The position numbers and the translations under genes are program-made. Of a DNA stretch of 64,000 nt, positions 51,300 through 61,657 are shown in pieces; the stretch's first letter is position 1, and every line of letters begins with the position of its first letter. The notes under the pieces are model-generated. The model was not told the origin of the DNA. It did no database searches and saw only the letters and a program-made list of their open reading frames with translations. The DNA comes from Candidatus Nomurabacteria bacterium. Its GTDB lineage: Bacteria; Patescibacteriota; Minisyncoccia; Phycocordibacterales; UBA918. The stretch is from the NCBI GenBank assembly GCA_020632075.1, contig JACKGH010000001.1, positions 259,216-323,215 of the forward strand, read 5' to 3'.

Positions 51300-51824
51300 A
51301 TGTCCTTGGATATTCTCATCGAGGCGCTGCTTTTTTATAAAGCAGCGCCTCAAAGCAAGCAAAAACTCATGAAGCTTTTTGCGGTGGGGGAGGAGGAATT
51401 TGGCGCCGCTTTGGCCGTTCTGAAAGAACGGCTGCAAAGCGGCGCTACACGACTCATCGAGACTGACGATCAGATCCAACTCGTAACCGCGCCGGAACTC
51501 TCAGAGTTCATCGAATCACTCCGTAAACAAGACCTCACCGGTGACATCGGCAAAGCTGGTGCCGAAACCCTCGCGATCATCTTGTACAGAGAACCAGTCT
51601 CGCGCAGTGAGATCGACCGCATTCGTGGCGTGAATTCATCATTTATCCTTCGAAACCTCCTTACTCGAGGACTTATCACCCGCGACTCAGTCACCGGACA
51701 AGGCTACCGTTTCAGCATCAGCCCCAATCTACTTCAACACCTTGGTATAACTGACAAGCGCGCACTACCAAATTATTCACAATTCATGGGCGCCATTGAT
51801 GCATTTGACACCGCCGAAACATGA
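51300..51824 (+). CDS. scpB: segregation and condensation protein B
   Basis: two winged-helix domains; ORF-track start at 51249 is TTG. Confidence 0.8.
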   Translation: MSLDILIEALLFYKAAPQSKQKLMKLFAVGEEEFGAALAVLKERLQSGATRLIETDDQIQLVTAPELSEFIESLRKQDLTGDIGKAGAETLAIILYREPVSRSEIDRIRGVNSSFILRNLLTRGLITRDSVTGQGYRFSISPNLLQHLGITDKRALPNYSQFMGAIDAFDTAET

Positions 51825-52822
51825 ACGACCAATTCCCACAACTGATCGAAACTGTCGATGATGCGCCGAGCACCAAGAATCATTTTCCGATTGTTGCACA
51901 GTTAGGTGTACTTGCTTTTGTGTTGACAGGCATCTTTGGCACACTCTATGTAGTTGGCGACAATAGCCAACAACCAACAGTGACCCAAACCCCACCCCCT
52001 CCGATCATTGAGATCAAGCAACAAACATTGCCACCACAAAAGATCGAGGATGTTGAACTCCGCGCTACCGCTGCCTATGTCTGGGACGTCACCGGACAGC
52101 GAGCGCTCTACAACAAAAACGCCAGTGAACCACTCCCGCTAGCGTCGATCACCAAACTCATGACGACGCTTCTCGCACATGAGCTCATTGCTGACAATGA
52201 AGCTGCAGTGGTCTCGCTGAACGCGATCCGCCAAGAAGGGAGTAGCGGCTTGTTTGCAGGCGAAGAGCTTGAGATCAAAGATCTCCAGGAGCTCGCACTT
52301 ATCTCTTCTTCTAATGATGCCGCGTACGCACTTGCTGCGAGCGTCGGTAATCTTCTTGGCGATAATGACCCAACCAACCAATTCATCGCCGGCATGAACA
52401 TCCGCGCAGCAGAACTCGGTCTTGAAACACTCGAATTCAAGAGTACAACCGGGCTCGATATTTCAGAGACTGAACCCGGCGCCACCGGCTCGGCTCGTGA
52501 TGTTACTTTCTTGATGGAATACATCATCACACACTACCCAGACCTCATCGCACCAACCAAGCAGGCAGAAACTCTCGTGTACAACACCGCCGGAGCGTAT
52601 CACGAGGCACACAACACCAACGAGATCGTTCTTGACGTCCCGAATCTCCTCGGTTCAAAGACAGGCTACACCGACCTAGCTGGTGGCAACCTGACCATTG
52701 CGTTTGATGCTGGACTTAACCGTCCGATTATCATTACTGTCCTTGGCTCAACTCGAGATGAACGCTTTACTGACGTGCTCACCCTTGTAAAAGCCGTCCA
52801 AGAATCAGTGGGTGTACAATAA
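51821..52822 (+). CDS. D-alanyl-D-alanine carboxypeptidase (S11, PBP5-like)
   Basis: SITK (SxxK), SSND (SxN), KTGYT (KTG). Confidence 0.8.
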   Translation: MNDQFPQLIETVDDAPSTKNHFPIVAQLGVLAFVLTGIFGTLYVVGDNSQQPTVTQTPPPPIIEIKQQTLPPQKIEDVELRATAAYVWDVTGQRALYNKNASEPLPLASITKLMTTLLAHELIADNEAAVVSLNAIRQEGSSGLFAGEELEIKDLQELALISSSNDAAYALAASVGNLLGDNDPTNQFIAGMNIRAAELGLETLEFKSTTGLDISETEPGATGSARDVTFLMEYIITHYPDLIAPTKQAETLVYNTAGAYHEAHNTNEIVLDVPNLLGSKTGYTDLAGGNLTIAFDAGLNRPIIITVLGSTRDERFTDVLTLVKAVQESVGVQ

Positions 52823-52827
52823 TTATT

Positions 52828-53886
52828 ATGGATTCTCTTTTACTTAACGTCCTTATTCCTGCACTAACCTCCTTTACGGTCGGTATTTTGATCACACCTT
52901 TAGTGACACACTACCTGTACAAATTCCGCGTCTGGAAGAAACAGGGCGGCAAAGTGGCCATGAGTGGCCAGGAGGCAACTGAGTTCAATCGACTCAAAGG
53001 AGGGGAGGAGACCAAGACGCCGCGCATGGGCGGCATTGTCATTTGGAGCAGCGCGATCATCACGCTGTTTGGTACATACGTACTCTCAGTACTCTTTCCA
53101 GACACATTTCTGGCTGAACTAAACTATTTGAGCCAAGAGCAAACTCTCATCCCAGCTGCAATGCTGATCGCTGGCGCATTCATTGGTTTTTTGAACGATT
53201 TCTACGATGTAACCCACGGTGGTCAAGGCCTCCGACTGCGCGCACGCTTACTCATGATCACTGCGCTCGCGAGCTTCTCTGGTTGGTGGTTCTACGCCAA
53301 AAATGGTGTCGAAAGCATCAACATCCCGTTTGATGGCAGTCTCGAGCTTGGTATACTCATCATCCCATTTTTTGTTCTCCTTACCCTTATGCTCTACGCA
53401 AGTGGCGTGATCGACGGCATTGACGGCCTCTCGGGTGGAGTATTTGCTTCGATCTTTGCTGCCTATACTGGGGTAGCAGTCATCCAAGAACAATTTGAAC
53501 TGGCAGTATTTTGCGCAACAGTCGTCGGCGGTATCATGGCGTTTTTATGGTTCAACGTGCCGCCAGCGCGTTTCTGGATGACTGAGACTGGCTCAATGGC
53601 GCTCACCCTCTCACTCGCCGCAGTGGTATTTATGACCGACTCGCTTGGAGACGGAAACGGTATCAGCCTGCTCTTGATCATCGGTCTACCCCTCATTGCT
53701 ACCGTCTGCTCAAACGTATTACAGATCACATATAGAAAGACCACCGGCAAGAAGCTCTTCCGTATTGCACCACTACACCACCACTTCGAAGCGATCGGCT
53801 GGCCGTCAGCAAAAGTGACCATGCGCTACTGGATCATCAGTATCTTCTGCGCTGTTATTGGAGTGATCATCGCAAGTTTGGCATGA
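52828..53886 (+). CDS. mraY: phospho-N-acetylmuramoyl-pentapeptide transferase
   Basis: KTPRMGG and polytopic MraY topology. Confidence 0.9.
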   Translation: MDSLLLNVLIPALTSFTVGILITPLVTHYLYKFRVWKKQGGKVAMSGQEATEFNRLKGGEETKTPRMGGIVIWSSAIITLFGTYVLSVLFPDTFLAELNYLSQEQTLIPAAMLIAGAFIGFLNDFYDVTHGGQGLRLRARLLMITALASFSGWWFYAKNGVESINIPFDGSLELGILIIPFFVLLTLMLYASGVIDGIDGLSGGVFASIFAAYTGVAVIQEQFELAVFCATVVGGIMAFLWFNVPPARFWMTETGSMALTLSLAAVVFMTDSLGDGNGISLLLIIGLPLIATVCSNVLQITYRKTTGKKLFRIAPLHHHFEAIGWPSAKVTMRYWIISIFCAVIGVIIASLA

Positions 53887-54992
53887 GCAATAAACCCAAG
53901 TCTGTCGATACTGTACTACTTATACTGATCGGCCTCATGGTAGCCGGCGGTTTTCTTATTTTTTCATCTGCATCGCTCGGGCTTATGGCTCGCGATGGTG
54001 CCACCTTCGGCTCAGTAGCACTCAGTCAATTTCTCTTTGGGATAGTTGGTGGCGGCATTACCTTACTCCTCATCAGCAACGTCTACTATCGCAACTGGCG
54101 TAAGTACGCTTTTTATCTTTTTGTGGTCTCACTGCTCGCGACACTCGCTGTATTCATTCCTGGCATCGGCATGACCCACGCAGGCGCTACGCGCTGGCTA
54201 GACCTCGGTTTCACCACGGTCCAGCCTTCAGAGTTCCTTAAGATCGGTTTTGTGGTGTACCTTGCGACCTGGTTTTCTGGTATTCACCACAAGATCACCA
54301 ACTGGCGCTTTGGGCTTGTGCCGTTTGGTGCGATCGTCGGCGTGGTCGGAGCAGTCATGCTACTACAGCCAGACACCGACACCTTCCTCATCATGGCTTT
54401 CGCAGGGATGGCAATGTATCTGGCGGCTGGCGCCAAATGGCAAGATATCGCACTCATCATTCTTGGCGGTGTCATGATGCTCGCGGTGGTTGCTAGCATG
54501 CGACCATACATCATGGATCGTTTCACCACCTTTATGAATCCAGACGCTGACCCGCTTGGAAGCGGGTATCAGATCCAACAGTCACTCATTGCAGTTGGAT
54601 CCGGTGGTTTGACTGGTAGGGGATACGGGCAAAGCATCCAGAAATTCCAGTACTTACCGGAGCCAATTGGCGACTCGATCTTTGCTGTATACGCAGAAGA
54701 ATTTGGCTTTCTTGGGACTATGTTACTTATCGTCGCCCTCATATTTCTCACCTTGCGTGGCTACCGGATCGCCACCCAGGCGAAGGATATTTTTGGCACC
54801 TTACTGGTAGTTGGTTTCATGACCATTATCATTGCTCAAGCATTTTTGAATATTGGCGCCATGGTTGCGCTTGCGCCGCTTTCAGGCCTACCACTCCCGT
54901 TCATCAGCCACGGCGGTACCGCACTCATGGCCACACTCGCATCGCTCGGAATCGTGTTGAACGTGTCGAAATATCGAACTTTGCGAAACTGA
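53883..54992 (+). CDS. ftsW: SEDS-family peptidoglycan glycosyltransferase FtsW/RodA
   Basis: 10 TM, LPEPIGDSIFAVYAEEFG motif. Confidence 0.85.
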   Translation: MSNKPKSVDTVLLILIGLMVAGGFLIFSSASLGLMARDGATFGSVALSQFLFGIVGGGITLLLISNVYYRNWRKYAFYLFVVSLLATLAVFIPGIGMTHAGATRWLDLGFTTVQPSEFLKIGFVVYLATWFSGIHHKITNWRFGLVPFGAIVGVVGAVMLLQPDTDTFLIMAFAGMAMYLAAGAKWQDIALIILGGVMMLAVVASMRPYIMDRFTTFMNPDADPLGSGYQIQQSLIAVGSGGLTGRGYGQSIQKFQYLPEPIGDSIFAVYAEEFGFLGTMLLIVALIFLTLRGYRIATQAKDIFGTLLVVGFMTIIIAQAFLNIGAMVALAPLSGLPLPFISHGGTALMATLASLGIVLNVSKYRTLRN

Positions 54993-55011
54993 GCATGCTA
55001 CACTTGGGTGT

Positions 55012-56124
55012 ATGAGAATTGGTTTTGTTGGTGGAGGATCCGGAGGACACTTCTATCCACTCGTTGCCGTTGCATATGAACTCAATCATTCCGATGCACA
55101 GCCGGAGCTCTTTTACTTTGGCCCATCACCATATGACGAAGCAGCGCTGACAAAATACGATATCAAGTGGGTAAAGTGTCCAGCAGGTAAACTGCGCCGC
55201 TACTTCTCGATCCAAAACTTCTTTGATCTATTTCGTAATTTCTTTGGCGTGTTTGTTGCCATTTGGAAACTCTACGTCATCTATCCAGACGTGATCTTCA
55301 GTAAAGGTGGCTACACGAGTGTACCTATTCTCGTGGCAGCAAAGTTCCTACGCATACCAGTCGTAATCCATGAATCGGACGCGATCCCGGGTCGTGCGAA
55401 TAAGCTCGCTATGAAACAGGCACGTTACATTGGTGTTGCGTACGATGACGCCGCGCAGTTTTTTCCGCAGGAAAAAACTGCGCTCGTCGGCATCCCAATG
55501 CGCCCAGAGATCAAAAACATTCCAACCGATCCTTTTTCACAGCTGGGTATTCCAAACGACAAACCTCTGATCTACATCACCGGCGGCTCTAGCGGCGCAG
55601 AGCGCATCAATAATATCGTCTTGCGCCTACTCAAGGATCTGTTGCCACACTATCGGATCTTCCACCAGACCGGCCAAGCCAATCTCGACGAAATGCGTCT
55701 TGCAGCCCAGAGTCTGCTGACAGGAACCGGTCTGGAAGACAGCTACTACCTCGAAGGACTCATCCCGCCAGAAACTGTTTCGGCACTCATGGCAGCCGCT
55801 TCGCTCATTATCACTCGCGCCGGCAGCACCACACTCTTTGAGATCGCGTACCACGCCAAGCCATCGATCGTCATCCCGATCCCTGAAGATGTTAGTCGAG
55901 ACCAGCGCTCAAACGCCTACGCCTACGGTCGTAGCGGCGCAGCAGTAGTGATGGAAGAACACAACATCACTGAGCACTTGCTTGCAAACGAAATTCACAC
56001 TATTATCAGTGACCCAGCAAAAGCTGCCGCAATGAGTCAGGCAGCCAAGGGAATGTTTGTCGATAACGCAGCACTCAAGATCGCCAATATACTCATTTCA
56101 ATCGGAACAGAACATGGATCATAA
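55012..56124 (+). CDS. murG: UDP-GlcNAc:lipid I transferase MurG
   Basis: GGGSGGHFYP motif. Confidence 0.9.
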   Translation: MRIGFVGGGSGGHFYPLVAVAYELNHSDAQPELFYFGPSPYDEAALTKYDIKWVKCPAGKLRRYFSIQNFFDLFRNFFGVFVAIWKLYVIYPDVIFSKGGYTSVPILVAAKFLRIPVVIHESDAIPGRANKLAMKQARYIGVAYDDAAQFFPQEKTALVGIPMRPEIKNIPTDPFSQLGIPNDKPLIYITGGSSGAERINNIVLRLLKDLLPHYRIFHQTGQANLDEMRLAAQSLLTGTGLEDSYYLEGLIPPETVSALMAAASLIITRAGSTTLFEIAYHAKPSIVIPIPEDVSRDQRSNAYAYGRSGAAVVMEEHNITEHLLANEIHTIISDPAKAAAMSQAAKGMFVDNAALKIANILISIGTEHGS

Positions 56125-57577
56125 TACTTCTAAACCCGTCGTGACACGCTTTGCGCCGTCACCAACTGGTTTTCTACACATCGGCGGTGTTCGCACTGCA
56201 CTCTACGCGTATCTCTATGCCCGCAAGCACCAGGGTACGTTTATATTACGTATTGAAGACACTGACAAAAACCGCGAAGTGGAGGGATCGATTCAGCACA
56301 TCCAAGACTCACTCGCATGGCTTGGTATCAACTGGGACTACGGACCAGACAAACCAGGACCCTTTGGCTCTTGTTTACAATCAGACCGCCTCGATATCTA
56401 TAAGAAATACGCTGAAAAGCTCGTTGAAAAAGGACTAGCGTACCCAGATCCGTACACCGCGGAAGAAACGGCCGCTTTTCGTGAGCAGGCCGAAACCGAA
56501 AAGCGGCCGTTTCTCATGCGCCACCACCGCCCAGACACCTTCGAAGCTTGGGACGGTACGAAACCGCTACGCTTAAAAGTACCCGAGCTCAAACGCTACG
56601 AGTGGCACGATGTGGTCCGCGGCAAACTCTCAGCTGGAGAAGAAATGCTCGATGATATCATTCTCATCAAAGCCGACGGGTACCCAACCTATAACTTTGC
56701 GCACATCATCGACGATCTCGAAATGGGAGTTACGCACGTGATGCGCGGTGAAGAATTCATTGCCAGCACACCAAAATTCCTCAGCATCTATGATGCGCTT
56801 GAGATCCCGTGGCCGGTCTTTGTGACCCTACCACCGATCATGGGCCCTGACGGTAAGAAGAAGCTCAGCAAACGAGACGGCGCCAAAGACCTGCTCGACT
56901 ACAAGAAAGATGGCTATTTGCCTGAGGCAATGTGCAACTTCTTGGCACTCATTGGCTGGAATCCGGGCGGCGACCAGGAGCTTTTCTACAACACTGACGA
57001 ACTCACCGCGGCTTTTTCACTCGAAAAGATCCATCGCTCTGGCGGTGCCTTCAATGAAGAAAAGCTGAAGTGGATGAACAAAGAACACATCAAGAAGCTC
57101 TCAGCTGCAGAAAAGTCTGCGTACATCAAACGCACCACTATTCCGACCGAACTATCTGGCGTGTATGCTGAAGCTAGGCAAGAGAAACTCACCGAGACCA
57201 TCCTCGAGCGCACACACAACATCGCTGAGATAAACGAAGCGGCAGCAGCAGGGGAGTATGACTGGCTGAAGAGCACTCCAGAATACGACGGAGCTATTCT
57301 CAAATGGAAAAATGATCCTTCGATCGACGAAGCACTCCCACGTCTTGAGAAGGCTGCAGAGCTACTTACGCAAGCTGATTTTTCAACCTTAGATACTGTG
57401 AAGGAGGGTGTTTGGTCGTACGCAGAAGAAACCGGAAAAGGGGAAGTGCTTTGGCCACTACGAGTAGCACTTTCTGGAAAGGAACGCTCACCAGACCCAT
57501 TCACTCTCGCGTTCATACTTGGACAAGCCGAGACCATTTCACGCATCACCGAAGCTTGTGATAAAATTAAGGCGTAA
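56114..57577 (+). CDS. gltX: glutamyl-tRNA synthetase
   Basis: PSPTGFLHIGG (HIGH), KLSKR (KMSKS). Confidence 0.9.
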   Translation: MDHNTSKPVVTRFAPSPTGFLHIGGVRTALYAYLYARKHQGTFILRIEDTDKNREVEGSIQHIQDSLAWLGINWDYGPDKPGPFGSCLQSDRLDIYKKYAEKLVEKGLAYPDPYTAEETAAFREQAETEKRPFLMRHHRPDTFEAWDGTKPLRLKVPELKRYEWHDVVRGKLSAGEEMLDDIILIKADGYPTYNFAHIIDDLEMGVTHVMRGEEFIASTPKFLSIYDALEIPWPVFVTLPPIMGPDGKKKLSKRDGAKDLLDYKKDGYLPEAMCNFLALIGWNPGGDQELFYNTDELTAAFSLEKIHRSGGAFNEEKLKWMNKEHIKKLSAAEKSAYIKRTTIPTELSGVYAEARQEKLTETILERTHNIAEINEAAAAGEYDWLKSTPEYDGAILKWKNDPSIDEALPRLEKAAELLTQADFSTLDTVKEGVWSYAEETGKGEVLWPLRVALSGKERSPDPFTLAFILGQAETISRITEACDKIKA

Positions 57578-58884
57578 TGCCAAAACGCCTGTTCGTAGCC
57601 TTTTTACTTGGGATCCTCATCCCGCAATTGTTGTTGGTACAACCACCGAATGTTTTTGCTGAATCAGAGATAGATAAACTCCGCCGCGAGATCGATAGTC
57701 GTAGTAACCGTCTCGCTGAGATCGAAGCTGAGATCGCACAGTTTGAATCACAACTCAAGGAGGTTGGAGCAGAGAAGAAGACTCTCCAAAATGCCATCAG
57801 CCAGCTCGAACTCGAACGCAAGAAGGTGAACGCAGAGATCACCAAGACCGAGAATCTCATCACCTCAACTGACCTTGAGATCAATAAAATCGTCCTCGAG
57901 ATCGACCGTACTCAGAAAGACATCAACGCCAGCGAAAAAGCCATCGCTTCAATCATTCGCACCGAATACAAAGCAAGCGAAGATAGTTTGATCGAACTTC
58001 TCCTCCAACATGACCGACTATCTGAGTTTTGGAGCAGCTATGAAGCACACGAAAGCCTTCGCGATACGATGGCGGGCAAGGTCGCTGAGCTCGATACCTT
58101 CAAGGCACTGCTTGAGGAACAGCGTGATGACAATCAAGCCAAGCGAGACCGACTGAGTTCTCTGAAGAACCAATACACTGACCAAAACATGGTCCTCGAG
58201 AACAACAAACGCGAACAAGCTGACCTCCTTGAGGTGACCAAGAGTGAAGAACGCAATTATCAGCAACTGCTCGCCAGCAAGGAGCAAGCCCGAAAGGAGA
58301 TCGAAGCAGAAATGCGTGAATTCGAATCCAAGCTCCAGTTTATCCTCGACCCAAACACCATCCCAACTCCTGGAACTGCGGTGTTCAGCTGGCCGCTCGA
58401 TAACATCATCATCACGCAGTACTTTGGTGGAACTGAGTTTGCAGCACGCAACGCCAGCGTCTACGGCGGACGAGCCTACCACCCAGGCGTCGACTTTGGC
58501 GTACCACGCGGCACGCCGATCAAAGCTCCACTCAGCGGTACCGTCCGAGCTACCGGAAACACCGACGCGGTGCCTGGCTGTTATTCGTGGGGCAAGTGGA
58601 CACTTATCGATCACGCCAACGGACTCACCACGCTCTACGCTCACCAAGACGTGATCGCTGTGAGCCCTGGTCAACGTGTAAGCACTGGTGAGGTCATTGG
58701 GTACTCAGGCAACACCGGCTACTCAACCGGTCCACACCTTCACTTCACCGTGTACGCCAAAGACGGTGTAAGTGTCCGCAAGTTCAATGAGATCAAGACC
58801 GTCACGAGCTGTGGCGCTGCCACCACACCAGTCGCCGCCACCGAGGCATACATAGATCCAATGCTCTATTTGCCAGCGTACTAA
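57577..58884 (+). CDS. M23 peptidase with N-terminal coiled coil (EnvC-like)
   Basis: HPGVDFG...GNTGYSTGPHLHF. Confidence 0.8.
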   Translation: MPKRLFVAFLLGILIPQLLLVQPPNVFAESEIDKLRREIDSRSNRLAEIEAEIAQFESQLKEVGAEKKTLQNAISQLELERKKVNAEITKTENLITSTDLEINKIVLEIDRTQKDINASEKAIASIIRTEYKASEDSLIELLLQHDRLSEFWSSYEAHESLRDTMAGKVAELDTFKALLEEQRDDNQAKRDRLSSLKNQYTDQNMVLENNKREQADLLEVTKSEERNYQQLLASKEQARKEIEAEMREFESKLQFILDPNTIPTPGTAVFSWPLDNIIITQYFGGTEFAARNASVYGGRAYHPGVDFGVPRGTPIKAPLSGTVRATGNTDAVPGCYSWGKWTLIDHANGLTTLYAHQDVIAVSPGQRVSTGEVIGYSGNTGYSTGPHLHFTVYAKDGVSVRKFNEIKTVTSCGAATTPVAATEAYIDPMLYLPAY

Positions 58885-58952
58885 ACTGCTGTATTTTATC
58901 TCAAAACGTGATACATTCGTTTTCGGTAGTACGCACTAGTTGAGGTGAGCAG

Positions 58953-59084
58953 ATGTCTGAACACACGATGAAAGCAGTGGTTGGTGCAGCCGTTTCTATT
59001 GCGGTTGCGGTAGGTGTATACGTCACCAAAGATCTAAATGCCATGTGGGGACTGAGCGTCCTAGTCTTCTTTTTCCTGAAATAA
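58953..59084 (+). CDS. possible small hydrophobic protein (43 aa), not in ORF track
   Basis: my translation: MSEHTMKAVVGAAVSIAVAVGVYVTKDLNAMWGLSVLVFFFLK; GAGGTGAG RBS. Confidence 0.3.
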   Translation: MSEHTMKAVVGAAVSIAVAVGVYVTKDLNAMWGLSVLVFFFLK

Positions 59085-59225
59085 ACTAAACGAGCAGCCT
59101 TCTTCAGATAATTTGAGGGCTGTTTTTATAAACTGGGGATAACTTGGCACATTTCAGTGGATAACTCTGTGGAATAACTGTAAAATATAAGTGCGATGCA
59201 GTGCATCGTAGGAACTTACCCGAAT

Positions 59226-59266
59226 GGAAGCCCGCGCCAAGCGCGGGCTTCTGGGGCCTTTTTTAT
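59226..59266 (+). terminator. rho-independent terminator
   Basis: ggaagcccgcgc-caa-gcgcgggcttc ... TTTTTT. Confidence 0.6.
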
Positions 59267-59289
59267 ATTAGAACCTACACTTACTCTTT

Positions 59290-59318
59290 TTGAGTAAGTC
59301 TCTGTATTGCGATATAGT
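59290..59318 (+). promoter_or_regulatory. sigma70-like promoter TTGAGT-N17-TATAGT, leaderless zwf
   Basis: ATG 7 nt after -10. Confidence 0.5.
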
Positions 59319-59325
59319 TACACAC

Positions 59326-60738
59326 ATGTCAGACACTTCAGCAACGCAGATCGTTATTTTAGGTGGTGGCGGAGATCTAAGTCAGCGCAAGTTGCTTCCG
59401 GCGCTTTTTGACTTGTATCTGCGTGATATGCTTCCAGTAAATTTTCATATTATTGGACTTGCTCGTAGCGAGCGTAGTGATGAAGACTATCGTACTTTCG
59501 TGCAGCAAGCGCTCACGAAGCATGTCACACCAAAAGAAGGGAAGCACCGCACCCTTAAAGACTTTTGTGATCGAGTATCATATGTCAGCGGTTCATTCGA
59601 CGAAGAATCAACCTACGGATCACTTCATAAAGCACTGGGTGATTTTGATGAACAAGAGGGAAGGGCGAACCGGCTTTTCTACCTGGCAGTACCACCAAAA
59701 TTCTACGGACAGATCTTTCGCGATCTGAAGGGAAGTGGCGTAGCTGAAGAAGCCGAAGGAAAGTGGACGCACATTTTGGTAGAAAAGCCATTTGGCCACA
59801 ACCTTGAAACCGCTCAAGCACTCGATGCAGAACTTGCTGATCTCTACCGCGAAGATCAAATCTTCCGCATCGATCATTATCTAGCGAAGGAGGCTGTCCA
59901 AAACATTCTTTCATTCCGTTTTGCTAATACACTACTTAAGGCACCTTGGAATAAAGACGCAATCGAATCAGTCACTATCACCATGACAGAGACTCTTGAC
60001 GTGGGAGACCGTACCAATTTCTACGAGGGCGTCGGGGCACTACGCGATGTTGGACAGAATCATCTCCTTCAACTGCTTGCCCTTACCGCCATGCGTGAAC
60101 CTGCAGAATTCACGGTGAAGTCTATTCGTGATGCCCGCACCGAGGTGCTTGAAGCCTTGGTTCCGATCGATCAGAGCCAGCTCGAACTCTCCGTCCTTCG
60201 CGCCCAATACGACGACTACAAGACTCACGAACACATCCCAGATACTTCAGAAACCGAAACCTACTTCGAGCTACGAGCAGAAGTAAATCTGCCAGAGTGG
60301 GAAGGCGTGCCGTTTTACATCCGCTCTGGGAAAGCGCTTGATCAAGCGGAGGTGTCTATTACCGTACAGTTTAAAGATGTCGCAAGTGGCATGTTTGAAA
60401 CGCAAAGCTGTCTTAGTAAGGGTAACGTAGTGAAGCTCACCATCTCACCCGAGCAAGTGATCGAGATCAATCTCAATGCCAAAGAACCAGGTCTCGGGTT
60501 TCAGCTCGAAGACCGTAATCTACGCTTTGTCTGCGAAAAAGGAGATGTCGAGATCAAGAACTCATACGAGAAGGTGCTCTACGATTCGATCATCGGTGAC
60601 CAAACACTCTTTACGCGCACCGAGGAAGTGCTCGCTGCTTGGAAGTACATCACACCGATCATCGACATGTGGCAGGATCTGCCACTCTATACGTATACAA
60701 AAGGAAGTACTGGGCCGGACCAGACGATTATTCTGTAA
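59326..60738 (+). CDS. zwf: glucose-6-phosphate 1-dehydrogenase
   Basis: GGGGDLSQRKLLPAL, RIDHYLAKE. Confidence 0.9.
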   Translation: MSDTSATQIVILGGGGDLSQRKLLPALFDLYLRDMLPVNFHIIGLARSERSDEDYRTFVQQALTKHVTPKEGKHRTLKDFCDRVSYVSGSFDEESTYGSLHKALGDFDEQEGRANRLFYLAVPPKFYGQIFRDLKGSGVAEEAEGKWTHILVEKPFGHNLETAQALDAELADLYREDQIFRIDHYLAKEAVQNILSFRFANTLLKAPWNKDAIESVTITMTETLDVGDRTNFYEGVGALRDVGQNHLLQLLALTAMREPAEFTVKSIRDARTEVLEALVPIDQSQLELSVLRAQYDDYKTHEHIPDTSETETYFELRAEVNLPEWEGVPFYIRSGKALDQAEVSITVQFKDVASGMFETQSCLSKGNVVKLTISPEQVIEINLNAKEPGLGFQLEDRNLRFVCEKGDVEIKNSYEKVLYDSIIGDQTLFTRTEEVLAAWKYITPIIDMWQDLPLYTYTKGSTGPDQTIIL

Positions 60739-60747
60739 CACTTTTCT

Positions 60748-61656
60748 ATGGAGAAAGAACTCATTTTCATTGGACTTGGGCGTATGGGACTCGCCATGAC
60801 TGCACATTTGGTTGCAGAGGGTTTTGTTGTGCATGGCTTTGATGTCACTGAAGCGTCACGCCAAGAGGCCGCTAAAGCAGGTGTACAAGTGCAAGCAACC
60901 CTCACTGACACACTTGCACAAATGTCTGAGAAGAAGATCGTGTGGCTGATGGTGCCATCGAAGTTTGTTGATGAGGTGATCACAGAAATGAAGCCTCTCC
61001 TCAAGTCAGGAGACATCGTGATCGATGGCGGTAACTCATTCTTCAAAGATACGCTGCGCCGTGGCGAGGCGCTCGCTAAGGACGATATTCATTTTGTAGA
61101 CTGCGGCACCTCCGGTGGCATGCGCGGTGCTCGCCACGGCGCAGCTCTCATGGTCGGCGGACCAAAAGATGTTGTATCAGAGATCGAACCGATCTTCACT
61201 ACACTCGCCATTGAAAACGGCTACGCACATGTCGGTAAGACCGGCGCTGGTCACTTTGTAAAAATGGTCCACAACGGCATCGAATACGGCATGATGGGAG
61301 CGATTGCAGAAGGCCTCAGCTACATTGAAGACCGTCAAGAAGAATTCGATATTGATATCCAAAAGGTCCTCGATCCATACCAACACGGTAGTATCGTGAC
61401 CAGCAGTCTCATGGACTGGATGGCTGACTCATACCGTACTGAAGGCTACCTCGAAGCAATTGCGGGAGAAGTTCCACGCGGCGAAACAGAAGAGGAGATG
61501 GAATACATTATTGAAGCAGGAAAGACTCCAGTTTTAGAAGCATCTGTCGAACAGCGCAAAGCGACCCGAGGAAATCCATCACGAATCGGCACCTTACTCT
61601 CAGCAATGCGGAATCAGTTCGGTGGCCACGCAGTTGTTAAAAAAGAAGAGAAGTAA
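60748..61656 (+). CDS. gnd: 6-phosphogluconate dehydrogenase, short (about 300 aa) form
   Basis: GLGRMG NAD(P) fold, GTSGG, HNGIEYGMM. Confidence 0.85.
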   Translation: MEKELIFIGLGRMGLAMTAHLVAEGFVVHGFDVTEASRQEAAKAGVQVQATLTDTLAQMSEKKIVWLMVPSKFVDEVITEMKPLLKSGDIVIDGGNSFFKDTLRRGEALAKDDIHFVDCGTSGGMRGARHGAALMVGGPKDVVSEIEPIFTTLAIENGYAHVGKTGAGHFVKMVHNGIEYGMMGAIAEGLSYIEDRQEEFDIDIQKVLDPYQHGSIVTSSLMDWMADSYRTEGYLEAIAGEVPRGETEEEMEYIIEAGKTPVLEASVEQRKATRGNPSRIGTLLSAMRNQFGGHAVVKKEEK

Positions 61657-61657
61657 C

